Positions 13,412-25,919 of a stretch of 64,000 bases of DNA are shown here, piece by piece. Source of the DNA: Hydrolagus colliei. Its lineage: Eukaryota. Position 1 is the first letter of the stretch. The number at the start of each line of letters is the position of its first letter. The notes beneath the pieces were generated by a model. The model was not told where the DNA came from. It searched no databases and worked only from the letters and a program-made list of their open reading frames with translations. The stretch covers positions 13,082,001-13,146,000 of the forward strand of contig CM068755.1 of the NCBI GenBank assembly GCA_035084275.1, in the 5' to 3' direction. The position numbers and the translations under genes are program-made.

Positions 13412-13450
13412 TGACAGTATATCCTGACAGTATATCCTGACAGTATATCC
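13412..13450 (+). repeat. perfect 13-bp tandem repeat x3 (tgacagtatatcc) in a SINE tail
   Basis: Read directly; the unit matches the SINE-tail motif acagtatatcctgtgaag. Confidence 0.9.
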
Positions 13451-13472
13451 TGTGAGGCGCTTGGTGACATGA

Positions 13473-13779
13473 AATAATAATAATAATCCTTGCATTTAAT
13501 ATAGCACTTTTTTTCTCATCTTCTAGATGTCTCAAAGGCCTTCACAGAATATATTGTAAAGTGAATTGACTGTACATTTATGTGCGAAACTCAGCAGCCA
13601 ATTACACACAGCAGTGTCCCACATGGATTGAAGTGACCAAATTATTATTATTTTTTCGAGGGATTATTATTAGATGTGTGGACTAAGGAAACTGGCCCAA
13701 GATTTTGCCCTGCCTGGAATTGAACCCAGTCTCTGACTTGTAAGGCGAGTCCTTTAACCACTGAGCTATAGGATTCCAC
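13473..13779 (-). mobile_element. full-length tRNA-derived SINE, family A (holocephalan type)
   Basis: Reverse complement starts gtggaatcctatagctcagtggttaaaggactcgccttacaag...gggttcaattccagg (Pol III A and B boxes); Deu 3' core; L2-type tail aaatgcaaggatt(att)n. Confidence 0.9.
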
Positions 13780-15844
13780 AAAGGCACTACATCAAATGTA
13801 TTATATCAAAACAGCAGGTGTATGCATCACTGTATTATTGTAATATTTAGGCACACATATTTTAAGACACAGTGATCAAAATCAATTTTAAAAATCTCTG
13901 GAAGAACACCTTCCTATACACACCAAGGATGTCAACCATTGAACCATTGGAATCATCCATCTCAATAAAGACCAGAGTAAAGGCCCAAACCAATGCGAAC
14001 CTTCCACAAGCTCCTAAAACATCCCACAGTCACTACACTGAGAAGTGCCATGAGGGGTCCTCCCGTCATGAGAATCACAATATAAAATGCAAGGATTAAA
14101 AAAATTATTAGTAATATTACCGCAACAAAACATTATTATTTTCTGGTCATGAAGCCCCAATCATGCTCCGATGATTAGCGTTCGGGAACAAAAAAGAATA
14201 GGACTGAGAAACATTTAATGAAAGATGCTCGTGAAATAGGACACATATGGAAGGAATGGCAGGCTAAAGGAGCACTGGTGGGTGTTCTGTGTTGAATGCA
14301 TTTGGAAGGAAATCAAAGGACAAGATACCTTTGATTTTGAATTTGCAATAGGGACAGGAAAAAGCTGACGTGTGTAGGGAGATGATCCAAGAGGAAAAAG
14401 CAGTCCACACGTTCCCATCAAACAGCATGTTACTGCACTGTGTAAAATATATTCCAAGTGATACTGTTAACCGTGGGAAACTGTCTTATATGCATCAGTA
14501 TTACACTATGCCACTGTTTTAATGGCAGAACATAGCTCACACGCTCTGTTTCCACAGAAATGATTTAAATACTGTTTCGATGCATTTTGGCATAAGAGGT
14601 AGAGAAGACAAACTGTGGGCCATTTAGCACGCAGACTGCAATACAGAAAATCTCATAAGTTAGAGTCTGGCAATTACAATTCAACCCTTTCAATATGAGT
14701 TTTTCAATTTTCATTAGAAACAAATTCATCATTATTTTACATTGAGTTAACAATGTCCGTTACATATTTTCTGTCACTTTTAATGTCTGATGTAGCTAAT
14801 CAAACACTGTGTTGCAATATGAAGTGTGTTTTGATGGTAAATAAAAGAAAGATATTTTAGCTTGGCCAGACTGCAAACGATGGGAGTTAGAAAGCACTCA
14901 TTGACCAGCCTGCAAGATTTCAGCTCCGACCCGCAACTGCCTTAAGAGTTGAGCTTGTGTGGGTGAGTATGACTTAGATGGCGTTCATTGGAAGAGATGT
15001 GCTTTATGTACCTGTTATGTTTGGTTTTGAGCAAGCCAATAGTTTGGGATTTAGATACTGATGGGGAAAATTAGTCTGTCGTTTTTTTAAAAAGAAATCT
15101 GCAACAATAAAGGCACTTGGTAATGAAATAGCCAAATGACGGCTCTACAGTGTGAACTTTGAACAGACCAGCAGGTTACAGCCAGGATTCAAACCTTTAA
15201 CCCGAGAGGCAAATATTTCAATGACTTCACCATACCTGCCTGTCAATGCAGGTCTTTTTTTTACATAAACAAAAGCTATTCAATTTGCATATTTTTATTG
15301 AACTGTTAAAAGACCACCTGCTCTGGAAAAAGGCTCACAGGCCATAGAGTTACTGTAATCTCCTTAATTAATCTCCCGCTATTGCATTAAGCCATGAGTC
15401 TGTGTTATATGAAACTGTCCTTTAAATCCATGATCCTGAGATTACAACAACATGCTATTTACCATAAAGAAACCAAGTTCACTTGAAAGAAGAGGCCTCT
15501 TTGTTTTTGATATAAAGAAACAAAACAAGAAGTCACTTCAGGTACTAAGATACTGCTGGAAGATTTTGCCACCTGGTGATGAATTGTTATTCGAGACAGT
15601 TATCGGCACCGTACCCAATTTTGACTTGGGTTGCTCTGTTCCCCTCTTGTAGTCTCCAGTCCAATCTCTGCAGGTGCATCGGGCACAGAATGAATTAACT
15701 GATTGTGAGAAAACACTCGCTACCATCTGTACAATGGTACCTTGATGCTTCCCTAATAAACAGTGCGGTAATACAGCACATTGTGCACAACCAATAGCTT
15801 TCTGGAGTAATAATGACCCCACACATTGCGATTATTTGACTTTG

Positions 15845-16070
15845 TAGAAGTTAGTAGATTGCTATAGCATGCCATCAGGCCATTCAAGCCAACTAGTCAG
15901 TCCCAGTGTTTGTACTCCACGAGAGCCTCCACCCCTCCTCATCCCTTCTGGAAAACCCTTCTACTCCCTTCTCCCTTATGCGTGCATCAAGTATCCTCTT
16001 AAGCAGGCTGATGCTTTATGCTTTAAAAAAAACAGCTTCCAGCAATGAGTTCCACAAATGCACATCACCA
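15845..16070 (-). mobile_element. CR1 LINE 3' end, followed by a + strand SINE tail at about 16070-16150
   Basis: aggccattcaagcc...actcccttctccctt...tatcctcttaa...agcaatgagttccaca; recalled antisense CR1 3' end pattern. Confidence 0.65.
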
Positions 16071-16269
16071 CACTTCACAGCAATGACCTGTGAAGCACTT
16101 TGAGACATGTGCATGCTACAGGTGCTACATCCAATGCCAGGATTATGATTGCTGTGGGCCTAAATATATATAGGAACGTAAAACTGCTGCACAGTATACT
16201 TTTATATAACACTAACATAACGCCTCGTAGGCTCTAATCCAGACAAATCAAGAGAGGATTTTCTACCAG

Positions 16270-16500
16270 TAATGGGCAATCATCAAAGCACAATTTTTCT
16301 TTGCACGAACGTAAGCCCGAGCTGAAATTAAATGAGAGGCTGCTATGGTGCAGCGCCGTGCTCTCTCTTACAGCATGCAACCAATTTTCATAATTCATAC
16401 ACACTTATCAAAAGGTAGGTGCATGAGTGGAGGCATTGCAGAATATGTTGAACTGTGCTATGATTCATAACGGCAGAGCATCATTGCCAAGAATGCTAGC
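16270..16500. promoter_or_regulatory. putative conserved non-coding element
   Basis: Non-repetitive, retains CpGs, TCF/LEF-type catcaaag and several TAAT/ATTA cores. Conservation not tested. Confidence 0.25.
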
Positions 16501-16959
16501 AAACATTTTTTTTTCCAGTTTATTTAATTTTGTTTCCCATCAGCGGAATTCAGAGCTCTCATGAGCAGTGGGTTTTAAAGTCAGATAATCAAAGCATTTT
16601 CTACTTAAGTATCCAACTGTTCAGCTACTGATTCAATCACTCTAACATTTTGTCTGTGACCCGTATTTCACTGTATTTTTTCTGATTTTTTTTAAAAAAG
16701 CAGCTGTGTAGTTGAAGGTTTCTTTTGGTTTTACAAATATGAGGTTAACAGGAATTATTGCAAATGCAAACATATAAAGAGGGACTGCAGTAAAGTACAA
16801 CTGATTGACTTGCATCAGGATTATATGGTCAAGCAGGATTCAAATCAACTGTTACCAGATCAACCGGCAAGCAAAGGAATGCGATTAAATAGAATGTGAG
16901 TAAAGAACCCACAGGCTAGAACATTGCTCCCTCACGCTTGAAGATAATTGACCATGTTT

Positions 16960-17137
16960 TGCTCACCTTTCTCCCCTTTCCCCCTGCTCAGCTACTGCAT
17001 GCAAATTGTTTTGAGAGATCCTCCTGATGTGAAAAGAGTTATGTCAATGTAAATTGACCTGACTGTTCAGCGCCTTGGGACGTCCTCCCGACGTGAAAGA
17101 CGCTCTAAAAATGTAATTTTGTTGTTGTTTGTTGTTG
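16960..17137 (+). mobile_element. two tandem L2 3' tails
   Basis: gatcctcctgatgtgaaaagagttatgtcaatgtaaattg, then cagcgccttgggacgtcctcccgacgtgaaagacgctctaaaaatgtaatttt(gtt)n. Confidence 0.75.
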
Positions 17138-17639
17138 AGAAACCAGTTTCTTCCCTTTTTCACAATGCTATCCAATGTCTGATTCCAATGGTCCCATTAA
17201 GTCTACGCTTATGCACAGAAATAAAATGTGCAGTTTGAGAGAGAAACTGTACTCCGTTCAACTGGTGACTAGTAATTTAAGGGCATTTGTATTTCCAGGT
17301 AGTCTGCCGTGTTGCAGACTGGAGGATGTTCATTTTGAAAACACTAATCCTTCAAAGAAAAGTTGTGTCTGTCTACTCAAGGCCACTTAAATAATTACAG
17401 TAGAGGTGATGCAATGAGCAGTGTTTTTTTTTCAGATGTGGCAATACACCAAACATAGTGACTGCATCAAAGCCTCCACCGCCCCATCAAGAGAAAGTAC
17501 ATCATCAGAGAAAATCGCTCTCTATTCAGAAAATGCCTGAAGTTACTTGAGAATTGCCTCTCACAGAGAAGATTCAGGTGTAGAAGACCTAGAATTACAT
17601 GGCTGAAAGAAAATGTTGGAGCCATAAGATACAAGGAAT

Positions 17640-18037
17640 AACAGTAACAATCCTTGCATATGACACCGCATTTTATTATCTCAAAACGGTCCACTGAGTT
17701 TCCTGGAAAGTGTAGTGACTTTATATTTGTAGGCGAACATGACAGCAATTTTTGTTCACAGAAATCTCCCACCAGTAACCTTGAAGTGAGTGACCAGATT
17801 TTCTTTCACAATTAATCAACTGTTGAGGATAAACCAGGACAAATTATCTTCGCTTTTTGAATCGTACTAAGAGATCTTCAGCATCCAGCGCAGCTGCAAC
17901 CCCAATTTAACATCTCATCCAAAGAACAGCAAAAGACTGCTTCACCTAAGCACTGAATTGGAGTGGCAGCCTAGATGTGGGAGAGTGAGCTCACAACTTC
18001 TGAATCAGTAGCGAGAGTGCTACCAACTGAGTCAGGC
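17640..18037 (-). mobile_element. near full-length Deu-domain SINE, family B (SacSINE1-like)
   Basis: Head (reverse complement) gactcagttggtagcactctcgctactgattcagaagttgtgag; ctaggctgccactcc; ggatgagatgttaaa; tail tgcaaggattgtt. Confidence 0.8.
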
Positions 18038-18449
18038 CTGTAGGACATGTAATCCAGAGTATTTGTGCTTTTCCTGAAAATGAGGGAGATAGAAGCATCA
18101 TCTCAGAGAACCAAGTTGGGCCTTATATGGTGGGTGGTGTCATGCTTCGTTTTAAGCAGTGGGGAAATGATGCGGGGAGATAAATATTTATTGAGTTCTG
18201 TAGGGATGTTAATCAGTTCTGCAACAAACAAATAGTCTTTGAGCTCCGCAGGAAACTGGAACAGCCAGTGTATGTGTCCTGATTCATTTGTCAACCTGAA
18301 CTGCTGTGAGACAACCAGGCAGAGTTTGCACCAATATACAGCCTGGCTTTCCTGTGCAACATGATGTAGTGACATCAAGCAAGATGCACATCAGTTTTCG
18401 GAGCATTATATAGGCTGTTAAAAATGATGGTGAAGCATTGCTGATTTAC

Positions 18450-18540
18450 TAAAAGTATACAGTCACTACACTTTGCAGTGAATCCTGTGAAGAGTTTGAC
18501 AACATGATAAGGCACAGTATAAAATACAAGTATTATTATT
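18450..18540 (+). mobile_element. SINE 3' tail
   Basis: acagtcactacactttgcagtgaatcctgtgaag...catgataaggcac...tattattatt. Confidence 0.7.
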
Positions 18541-18879
18541 CTAATGGGAAACTGCCAACATTGGAGGTTTTGGTGCAAATAAAGCAGTTGAATTGCACTC
18601 CGATTCCATCGCTCTATGCTCTTTTTTTATATAAATTGGATTTTTACTGCTTGAAACTTATATTTTACACAACATCTCAATATGACAAGGCAATTTAGAG
18701 TAACGGCAAAGTACAAGGACTGGATTAGCAATTACAAAGTTGACCAATGGAGGTTGAGAGGGAGCACTCCACTTTTTACAATTGCCATCAACAATCTTTA
18801 TTAAAGTATTGCCGCAGACTTTCTAAATTTAACGATGACACAAGTTTGTCCCCAACTGCACAACGTTCAACAAGAACCC

Positions 18880-18940
18880 TGGGCTGTCCTCCCAACGCGA
18901 AAAGCGCTCTATACATGTAAATTTGTTGTTCTTCTTGTTT
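18880..18940 (+). mobile_element. L2 3' tail
   Basis: gtcctcccaacgcgaaaagcgctctatacatgtaaatttgttgtt. Confidence 0.7.
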
Positions 18941-19099
18941 TATTCCAAAGGCCGGTTACTGAGCTATGCCCAGTGACTGCTATTTCTAACAGTAATTAAC
19001 ATGCAGAACATCAAAAGGGTGGGAAGAAAAGGACAGCTCTTCTGAAAATAACCATTTGAAATCCTATTTTTAAGTAACCTATTCAATAGTAACTGTGTA

Positions 19100-19225
19100 A
19101 CAATCCTGGCACCTTGTCACGTCAAGGCCCTTCTGTAAGGTGCATTGGCTGTGCATTTGTAAGCGAATGCAGCAGCCAATTTGCTCACAGCAATATCCCA
19201 CAAACAGCCACGGAATGAATAATGT
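19100..19225 (-). mobile_element. Deu-SINE 3' fragment
   Basis: gcagccaatttgctcacagcaatatcccacaaacagcc. Confidence 0.75.
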
Positions 19226-19939
19226 GCCCACTTCCCCCCCCCCCCCCACACCAACTGTAAATCAACTGTTAAGGATAAAGAAAAAGGAAATATGCGGTGA
19301 GATGCCTGACCCGGGGGTTAAATCAAACCAAACCTTTTGAGAGGATTCCATAGTCTCTTCTGGTGGCTTACATCATAGCTCAGCCTCCTATCTGATTTCA
19401 CTTCTTTTCCCTTTGAGAACCACAACACCTCGGGTCAAACAGTATCAGACTCCTTTTCCCTCCCTTCTGTTTTTCTTTCTTTCTTTTCGTTCTTTTTTTC
19501 CCCCCTCTTAAGTGCATTTTCCCATACTCTGTTTCCATCAGCCAGACAAAAGGCCCACAAAAGGAACAGAAGTGAAACAAAGTACTGTAGTATCGTTCCT
19601 TACATGCTCAGGTGAGGCCTCAGGCTAACTGTTGCTAAGAAAGCAATGCGAGGCTGTGTTAATTTGCCAAAGAGCACACAAAGCACGGGGACTGCTGTAC
19701 ACCTGCTGATATTAAACCACATCTCTTCTCTTAAGAAAATAAGCTCTTTAACGCCACTTCCCGCCAGTCCTGGAATTTTAAGTATACTTTTCTCGTTTTC
19801 TTCTCCGTGTGAGACAAAGCCTGTGGTACCTTTTCAGAAGGAACACACACACCCACAGACACACAGAGTATTTGAAAACGTTCAAATAAATAAACGCTGA
19901 ATACTGGTTGTTTTGCAATCTGTTGATCAGTAACTATGC

Positions 19940-20075
19940 AACATTCCTTGCATTTGATGTGGCACCGTGTCATGTTGAAATGTCTCAAAGCGTTTCTGTG
20001 AGGTGCATTGACTTGTGTGCTTATAGCAAAGACAGCAGCCAATTCGCACACAACAATGTCCCACAAACAACCGCT
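19940..20075 (-). mobile_element. Deu-SINE 3' fragment
   Basis: tccttgcatttgatgtggcacc...tgtctcaaagcg...gcagccaattcgcacacaacaatgtcccacaaac. Confidence 0.8.
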
Positions 20076-21344
20076 AAATTCTGAGTGCGGGACAGAACAT
20101 CCAGAAAATTCTCAGAATTTTTATTTACCTAATCTCTAAATCCTTTTAAATCAAAGACAGGCAGGAGAATGAAACCGAGCCGCTGAACTGAACATTTGAA
20201 AGAACAGGCTTTGCCTAAATGATCCTTTAAATGGTTGACTGCGGTTGTCAATACCTGGCAGGCGTGTGCTATATAAATCTGAAGTGATGACTGTACAGAC
20301 TGTACAGAAATGATGTGGTGCCTGATTAATGCCTTTATCTAAGACTCTGGAACAAGTTCCCAGGTTTTCCAAAGAGTCTGCAGGCAGTCGATAAGAATGT
20401 TGTGAAGTTTTATTTTAATAAGTTTGAAACGCAGCACTTGGAAGCTTGGGGGTGGGGGGAATTACGGAGAGAGAAAAAAAATATATGTTAACCTTATATG
20501 GGAGGTTACCATAACTTTCCTAAAGCAATTATAAACGCTCTCCTATTATAGGGTGTAAAAGAAAAATAATGCCAGAAGATCCAAAAGCTACAAAATTGGC
20601 TTAACCCATCTAACCCTCATCTGTTAAAATACTGACAGGTTTTCGAAAATATAGTACGGAACAAAAACGGAGCTGCTTTCATATTGCGGCACTGTTTATT
20701 TTTCTTGCAGATCGGCTGACAGTAAGTTGCAGGAAGTGTAAGATCTCATGTTTTCCTCTCCTTAACAATGGGCTGTAGAATGGCAGTCCGGTCCCAGCAG
20801 TGTCTGAGCCTTACAAATTCATTTCCTTATATTTGATTCAGACATCCCGCTTTTGTTTTTTCAGCGCAGTTTGAACGCGTGTCGGGCTGTGGTCCTCCGA
20901 CAAATATTTTCTGCCACCGTTGGTGTATAGACAGTTTCCTGAGGACGCAAGGTCACAACTTTTACTGCGATCCATGGACAGGAAGAGATAGGAGCCTGTG
21001 GCTGTATGCACGGCCTCTATGAAAACCCCACCAGCGTACAGCCTGTGTGTTGCACTCAAAGAAGTGTTTTAATGGGCTGGCAATACAGGTTTCCTGTCGG
21101 CAGTCTCGAATCCCACTGCAATATTCAATCAATGACACAGAAACTCCCACACACACAAGGGAAGTTCTGTGATCGGAGATAAAGGCCGTGCTTTCATGCA
21201 ACTTTATAATTTTGAATTTCTAGCAAAGGCTTCTGATAGAGCCAGGGAAAGCTCTCGGCTTTCGGTCTCCACAACAAGCATTTTGTCTGGTGTAGCAAGC
21301 AAGATTTGTTTTCACTCCAAAGTGCAGCAAAATAGTTTGAAGCT

Positions 21345-21615
21345 GCCCCCAGTGACCCGGTGGATATAAAGCACAGCCACCAAAGGCATGCAGACCAGAA
21401 GGTCACAGGCTCAGTTCCTGGTCTGGGCTCAGTTAGCTGACCTCTACCAGGGCAGCTGTCTGAGCGCTTAGCGCCTGGGGAAAAGTCAGCTACGGTTTCC
21501 AGTCCAGATCACTTTCCAATGTGTCCTCTGACTGGACATTGGGTGAGAGCAGTATCAGCCTCAATGTGATACACTCCAGGATCAAATATCTTGCCAACAC
21601 TCACTGGGGGTCTAA
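21345..21615 (+). mobile_element. LF-SINE-like element
   Basis: cagaccagaaggtcacaggctcagttcctggtctgggctcagttagctgacctc...ggacattgggtgagagcag...tgccaacactcactg matches the LF-SINE consensus as I recall it. Confidence 0.7.
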
Positions 21616-21624
21616 CTTGAGATT

Positions 21625-21805
21625 TAAAGTATAGTTTAGCCAAACTCCTCCTCTTCAGGTATATGAAGGACAGTTGAAATAGTATGGGATAAGCCAATAC
21701 TCAGTGGAATTGAATGAACACCTTGCTCTGAGGGCCAATAGAAACACAATAGGCCGAAAGGCCTCTTGCTACGCTGTAAATGTGTATGATCCTATAATTT
21801 TATGG
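21625..21805 (+). mobile_element. CR1 LINE 3' end
   Basis: tatgggataag...acacaataggccgaaaggcctcttgctacgctgtaaatgtgtatgatcctataattttatg (CR1 hairpin plus attctatg-like tail). Confidence 0.7.
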
Positions 21806-21829
21806 TTCAGACTATTCCCTTATTTATTG

Positions 21830-21920
21830 TACTATGTGGTGACTGTGCATTTTGCAGATAAACACGGCAACCAAGTTACTCACATCAATGTCCCACAAAA
21901 GGCCATGAAGTGAATGACTG
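21830..21920 (-). mobile_element. Deu-SINE fragment
   Basis: gtgactgtgcattttgcagataaacacggcaacc...aatgtcccacaaaaggccatgaagtgaatgac. Confidence 0.7.
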
Positions 21921-21999
21921 TTTTCTGTTCATGTTACAAGTGCATAAGAAAAGCACTAGAGGATTATTCCACACCTGATTACAAACTATGCATGAACAT

Positions 22000-22300
22000 A
22001 GAGCAACTTTCATTTATATAGAGCATTTATATAGAACTTGCATTTATATTCTCACAGGATAGAGTCGGAGCAGAGGGTGGAAAGACTGGTACCCATAGGC
22101 ACAATCGAAGAGGTAACTCTTCAGATGGGATTTAAAGATGGATAAAGAGGGGACAAAACAGAGCGATTCAGGCAGAGAGAGTTCTAGAGATCAGAGGCAA
22201 AAGTAAAGTGGCTGAAGGACAATGGTAGTGCAGAAAGATAGGGGGAATGCACAGCAGCTCTGTTAGAGAAGTGAGATGGGGGGCAGAAGAGTGGGGTATG
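22000..22300 (-). mobile_element. diverged L2 3' end with triplicated terminus
   Basis: catttatat occurs three times, then a purine-rich antisense ORF2 end (tcgaagaggtaactcttcagatgggatttaaag...gagagttctag). Confidence 0.65.
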
Positions 22301-25300
22301 AACAGCAGAGCAAACCAGGATATAGGACCCTTCTTGTGTTTGGTAACTTTGTTACATTCCCTATTGACTAGAAGTGTTCTCATGAAAAAACTCCTCTGCT
22401 GCAGGATGCAATTATGGTCCTCTCCTCACAATATAGTTCTGTAAATGTCACATGTAAGTATGTTTTATTTACACAGATCTTCAGTCATACTGCTGCTCTA
22501 AATCAGTAAAGTGCTCCAAGGATATTCCTGCCATCCCTTTTTCTTTGCCCTGTCTGCTTTCAGCTAATGTGATTTGTTGAACAAACTGTCCCATTAATCC
22601 CATCCTATTTGACAGACTGAGAAAATAAGTGCCAAACCGCAAGATTCACAAGAAACGAACTCTCTATCTTCCTCAAGGTAAATAGTTATTACATTTGTGT
22701 GTCAAATTAGTGAAAATGATGTGCTTTCATTTTAAAATTGTAAATGTCACTCTTGCCAACCAGTTCAAAGCCTTGTAATGTGACATCCCAGTGACAAATG
22801 AGGTAAGGGCATGATGGATTTCAGTAAGGATTCTTGAACCATCCTAAAAGCCCACATAGATGAACAAAAAGTTGTCTCCTAGAAAAACGTTGGTCTAATT
22901 TTTTTTAAAGTTGATCATTGTTATCCTACAGCTCATTTCAATACTATAAATCACCGGTAGGCAATGACAAAATAAGACATGAAAGCACTTCAGTATCAAT
23001 TAAGGAGGAAACGCGGGGTTAAAAAATAACATTGTCTGGAAAAATACAAGATTTGTCCAATTTGCTAGCATTAGATTGCAAGGTTAACCAATGATTTGCT
23101 CAATCGCAGACCATTCTGTTGACTTTGCCATCATGGATCAAAAACAACAATAAAAATAAATATTCACCGAGAGAGTGAAAGGAGGTATAAATGCTACTGA
23201 AACTGCAGCGAACAAAACAGTTAATGGATTGAACGGAGTAATAAAAAGGGAGAGAGATGAAAAGATTATTTATGGAATGTCACTCATATCTGTTGTGTCA
23301 CTGGATAACTGTGCATCACAGAGAATAAGTCTTCGCCAATGTTCTGAAATATGATAAGTTGAGCAGTATCGAATGAGATCTGGAAATGGTTTTAACACAA
23401 CATGCAACTAATCAGTTAAGGTTCTACAGGATGCACAGCTTGATATTTGCTAATCATTAAAATCATCTTTAACCCATCAAAGGCCCTCGCTTAAACCAGC
23501 ATTTGCCACATTGATCTTATTATTTCTCAATTGAATAATAAACAAGCAGATTTATGCTATTTTCCTTTGAAGGGAGAAATCAAATTGTTCTCTCTAAACA
23601 ACACTCATCCTTGCCAGCACCCGTGCTTTCTCAGCCTGGCCTTATATATTCATCGCTAGTCTCTTAAAGCATATAAAGTTTCTTACTAAGATCAAAATAG
23701 ATTTAAAAACTCATAAAACCTAAAGCATATTACATAGTGTCATATACAAAGAACGCTGAATATACCTCAGTCAATTACCTGACTCCCAATGTAATTACCA
23801 TACAATTGAGAAGCTCAGATGATGCCTTAAAAACTAGGAGACTGAGGCACAAGCAACTTAAAATACCATCTATCTGGACCCCAAGATCAGATTATGTTTT
23901 ATCATTCATATCATAACATTCACACGACAGTGGATTTCTTTCCACTACTTCATTCCATTGCTAGAAAATATATCACTTGCTATAGGACCTGGGGATATGC
24001 TCATCTGCCCATGAGTATTAATTACTTTTGCTTTGTCAATACAGGAAAAATGTTATGTATATTTTCCAATGGTTTATGACACCTTCTCAATATTATTGGG
24101 ACTGGGTACTTACAAAATTATCAGCCGGCCTCACCAGTTATTCAGTACATCAGAATAGGTTTCTTTCTATCTCATATCATTGAAGTTTTTACAGTGCTCT
24201 GATATTGACCTGAGCTAGCACAGTGTGAATAGTGCAATCACTACAATGTTTATCCTGATCATTCATCAAATTCTATGCACAAACTATGAAATTGTTTTAC
24301 TGGCATCTGTTACGAATTCATAACTCTGTTATGTGGCAGATTGCATCCAAATATCCACAACTGTAAAACACAATATAGCCAAGTCTGCAGTTAAATAATT
24401 TCAGTTAATTTAAATTATTGTCCATATTTAATATAAAATATTCAATGCTCAAAAGGGCAATTTTGAAATGAAAACTAAAGTAAAAAGGGCACTTTTTGAT
24501 GCTGAACCTTGACAGATATGAAACGAGAGTATCAATATCTGTATCAAAAACCCAGCAGGTGGCAATTTCACAGGAAAACTTTCAAGGATAGAAGACAATG
24601 TACAAAATCTATCGACAGAACCATCTAAGAACAGCCACTTAAGTCCACGGGGAAGTGCATTGCTTTTCTTCATAATGAATTTTAATAGCCAAGTCCATTC
24701 TGTGTTCTTTTTGTAAGTAACTGTCAGAAATGGGTAAGATAGTCTTTTACCTTTGGAGATTTGAGACTAAAAGCAACCCAGAGATGGGAAACAGAGGTCA
24801 GTGCTTGCTAATGGCTGTAAAGGACTTTTAAGTGGAATGAGTTCTGGTAATCTCAGTCAAGCACCCAGAGGACACCTTTCTAGGGCAAAAAAAACCCTCT
24901 CCTTATTCAGGGAGGGTGGATTTCAAAAGCAAGGATAGGGATGTGATTTTTTTTCCCTTACTTGATCAAAATTGAATTAGTGTTTTTTTTTAAAAAGGCA
25001 GGATAATTACACTGAACCCATGAGTTGCTATCGCAGACCTAACCTGCTCACTTGACCTCTCTCAGATGTACTTACAGTAGCAATGAAAACAAAAGTGAAA
25101 GAAATAGCATCTTTATTCATCGCTGCCCCTATAAGCCATCAATTAAGGGGGAGGGGGATTGCAATTTGCACAGGTGGCCATTTCGTCCATCAATAACAAA
25201 CAAGGGTAGTTAACCCTCTGTACTGGAAGTAAAAAGAAACAAGATAGCAACTTTATTATCTCAGTGAACTAAAACTACATGGTTATAATTTATTTATGCA

Positions 25301-25919
25301 ACAAGACATAATATGGCAGCCAGCTACACCATTCAGAATTAACCTCTGACATTTAGTTAAATGGAATTGGGGCACGCTCATGCCTTAAGATACTGGTTAC
25401 AACTGTCCAGGAGAAATACGCTTTAACTTATAAAATACCGTGCACCATCAAGCGATGCTGGTAATTTTCAGAATATTCTATGCAACCTTAATTTTTCTGA
25501 ACACTGATAGTTCCCTCCTCAATCAGTATCTTTGTCAATTCTCTGGCTTTCTGTACAAACATCCAGAACAGGCAGCTACATTCCAAGTAATTAATCACCT
25601 GCACTGAGGAATTTATACCATCCAGATGGGAAAGCCGTCCAAAATGAGAAAAATAATAAGACTAATTAATTCTTATCTGCACAGCACAATTAGATAAATG
25701 ACCAACAGGTTCTGTCACCTATGGCTAGGACTTAGATCTCAATAAATTAACTCAACTGCTTCTTATTCATAGTGCAAGATCGCTCTCTTTAACCAGTAAT
25801 AGGAATGAAAAATGGAAATAGAGATCAGGCAACTCTTTAGACTAATTTTGTACCACATAAAGAGACATGAAAATAAGACTGCGTTGCTGCATTAAACATA
25901 ACAAGTGGCTGTATAGAAT

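Noticed and set aside
13412-13450. CRISPR-like repeats
   Set aside because: Contiguous 13-bp tandem units with no spacers, in eukaryotic DNA with no cas genes.
15538-15822. 94-aa minus-strand ORF and an overlapping 84-nt plus-strand exon candidate
   Set aside because: Weak splice donors on both strands and no recognisable peptide.
18770-18850. possible CR1 reverse-transcriptase remnant (LFTIAINNL...DDT)
   Set aside because: Too short and decayed to call without an HMM search.
20838-21201. CpG-richer segment with overlapping ORFs and a + strand acceptor (ttttgttttttcag)
   Set aside because: All frames stop early or give unrecognisable peptides and there is no good donor; it may be a CNE but I cannot support a call.
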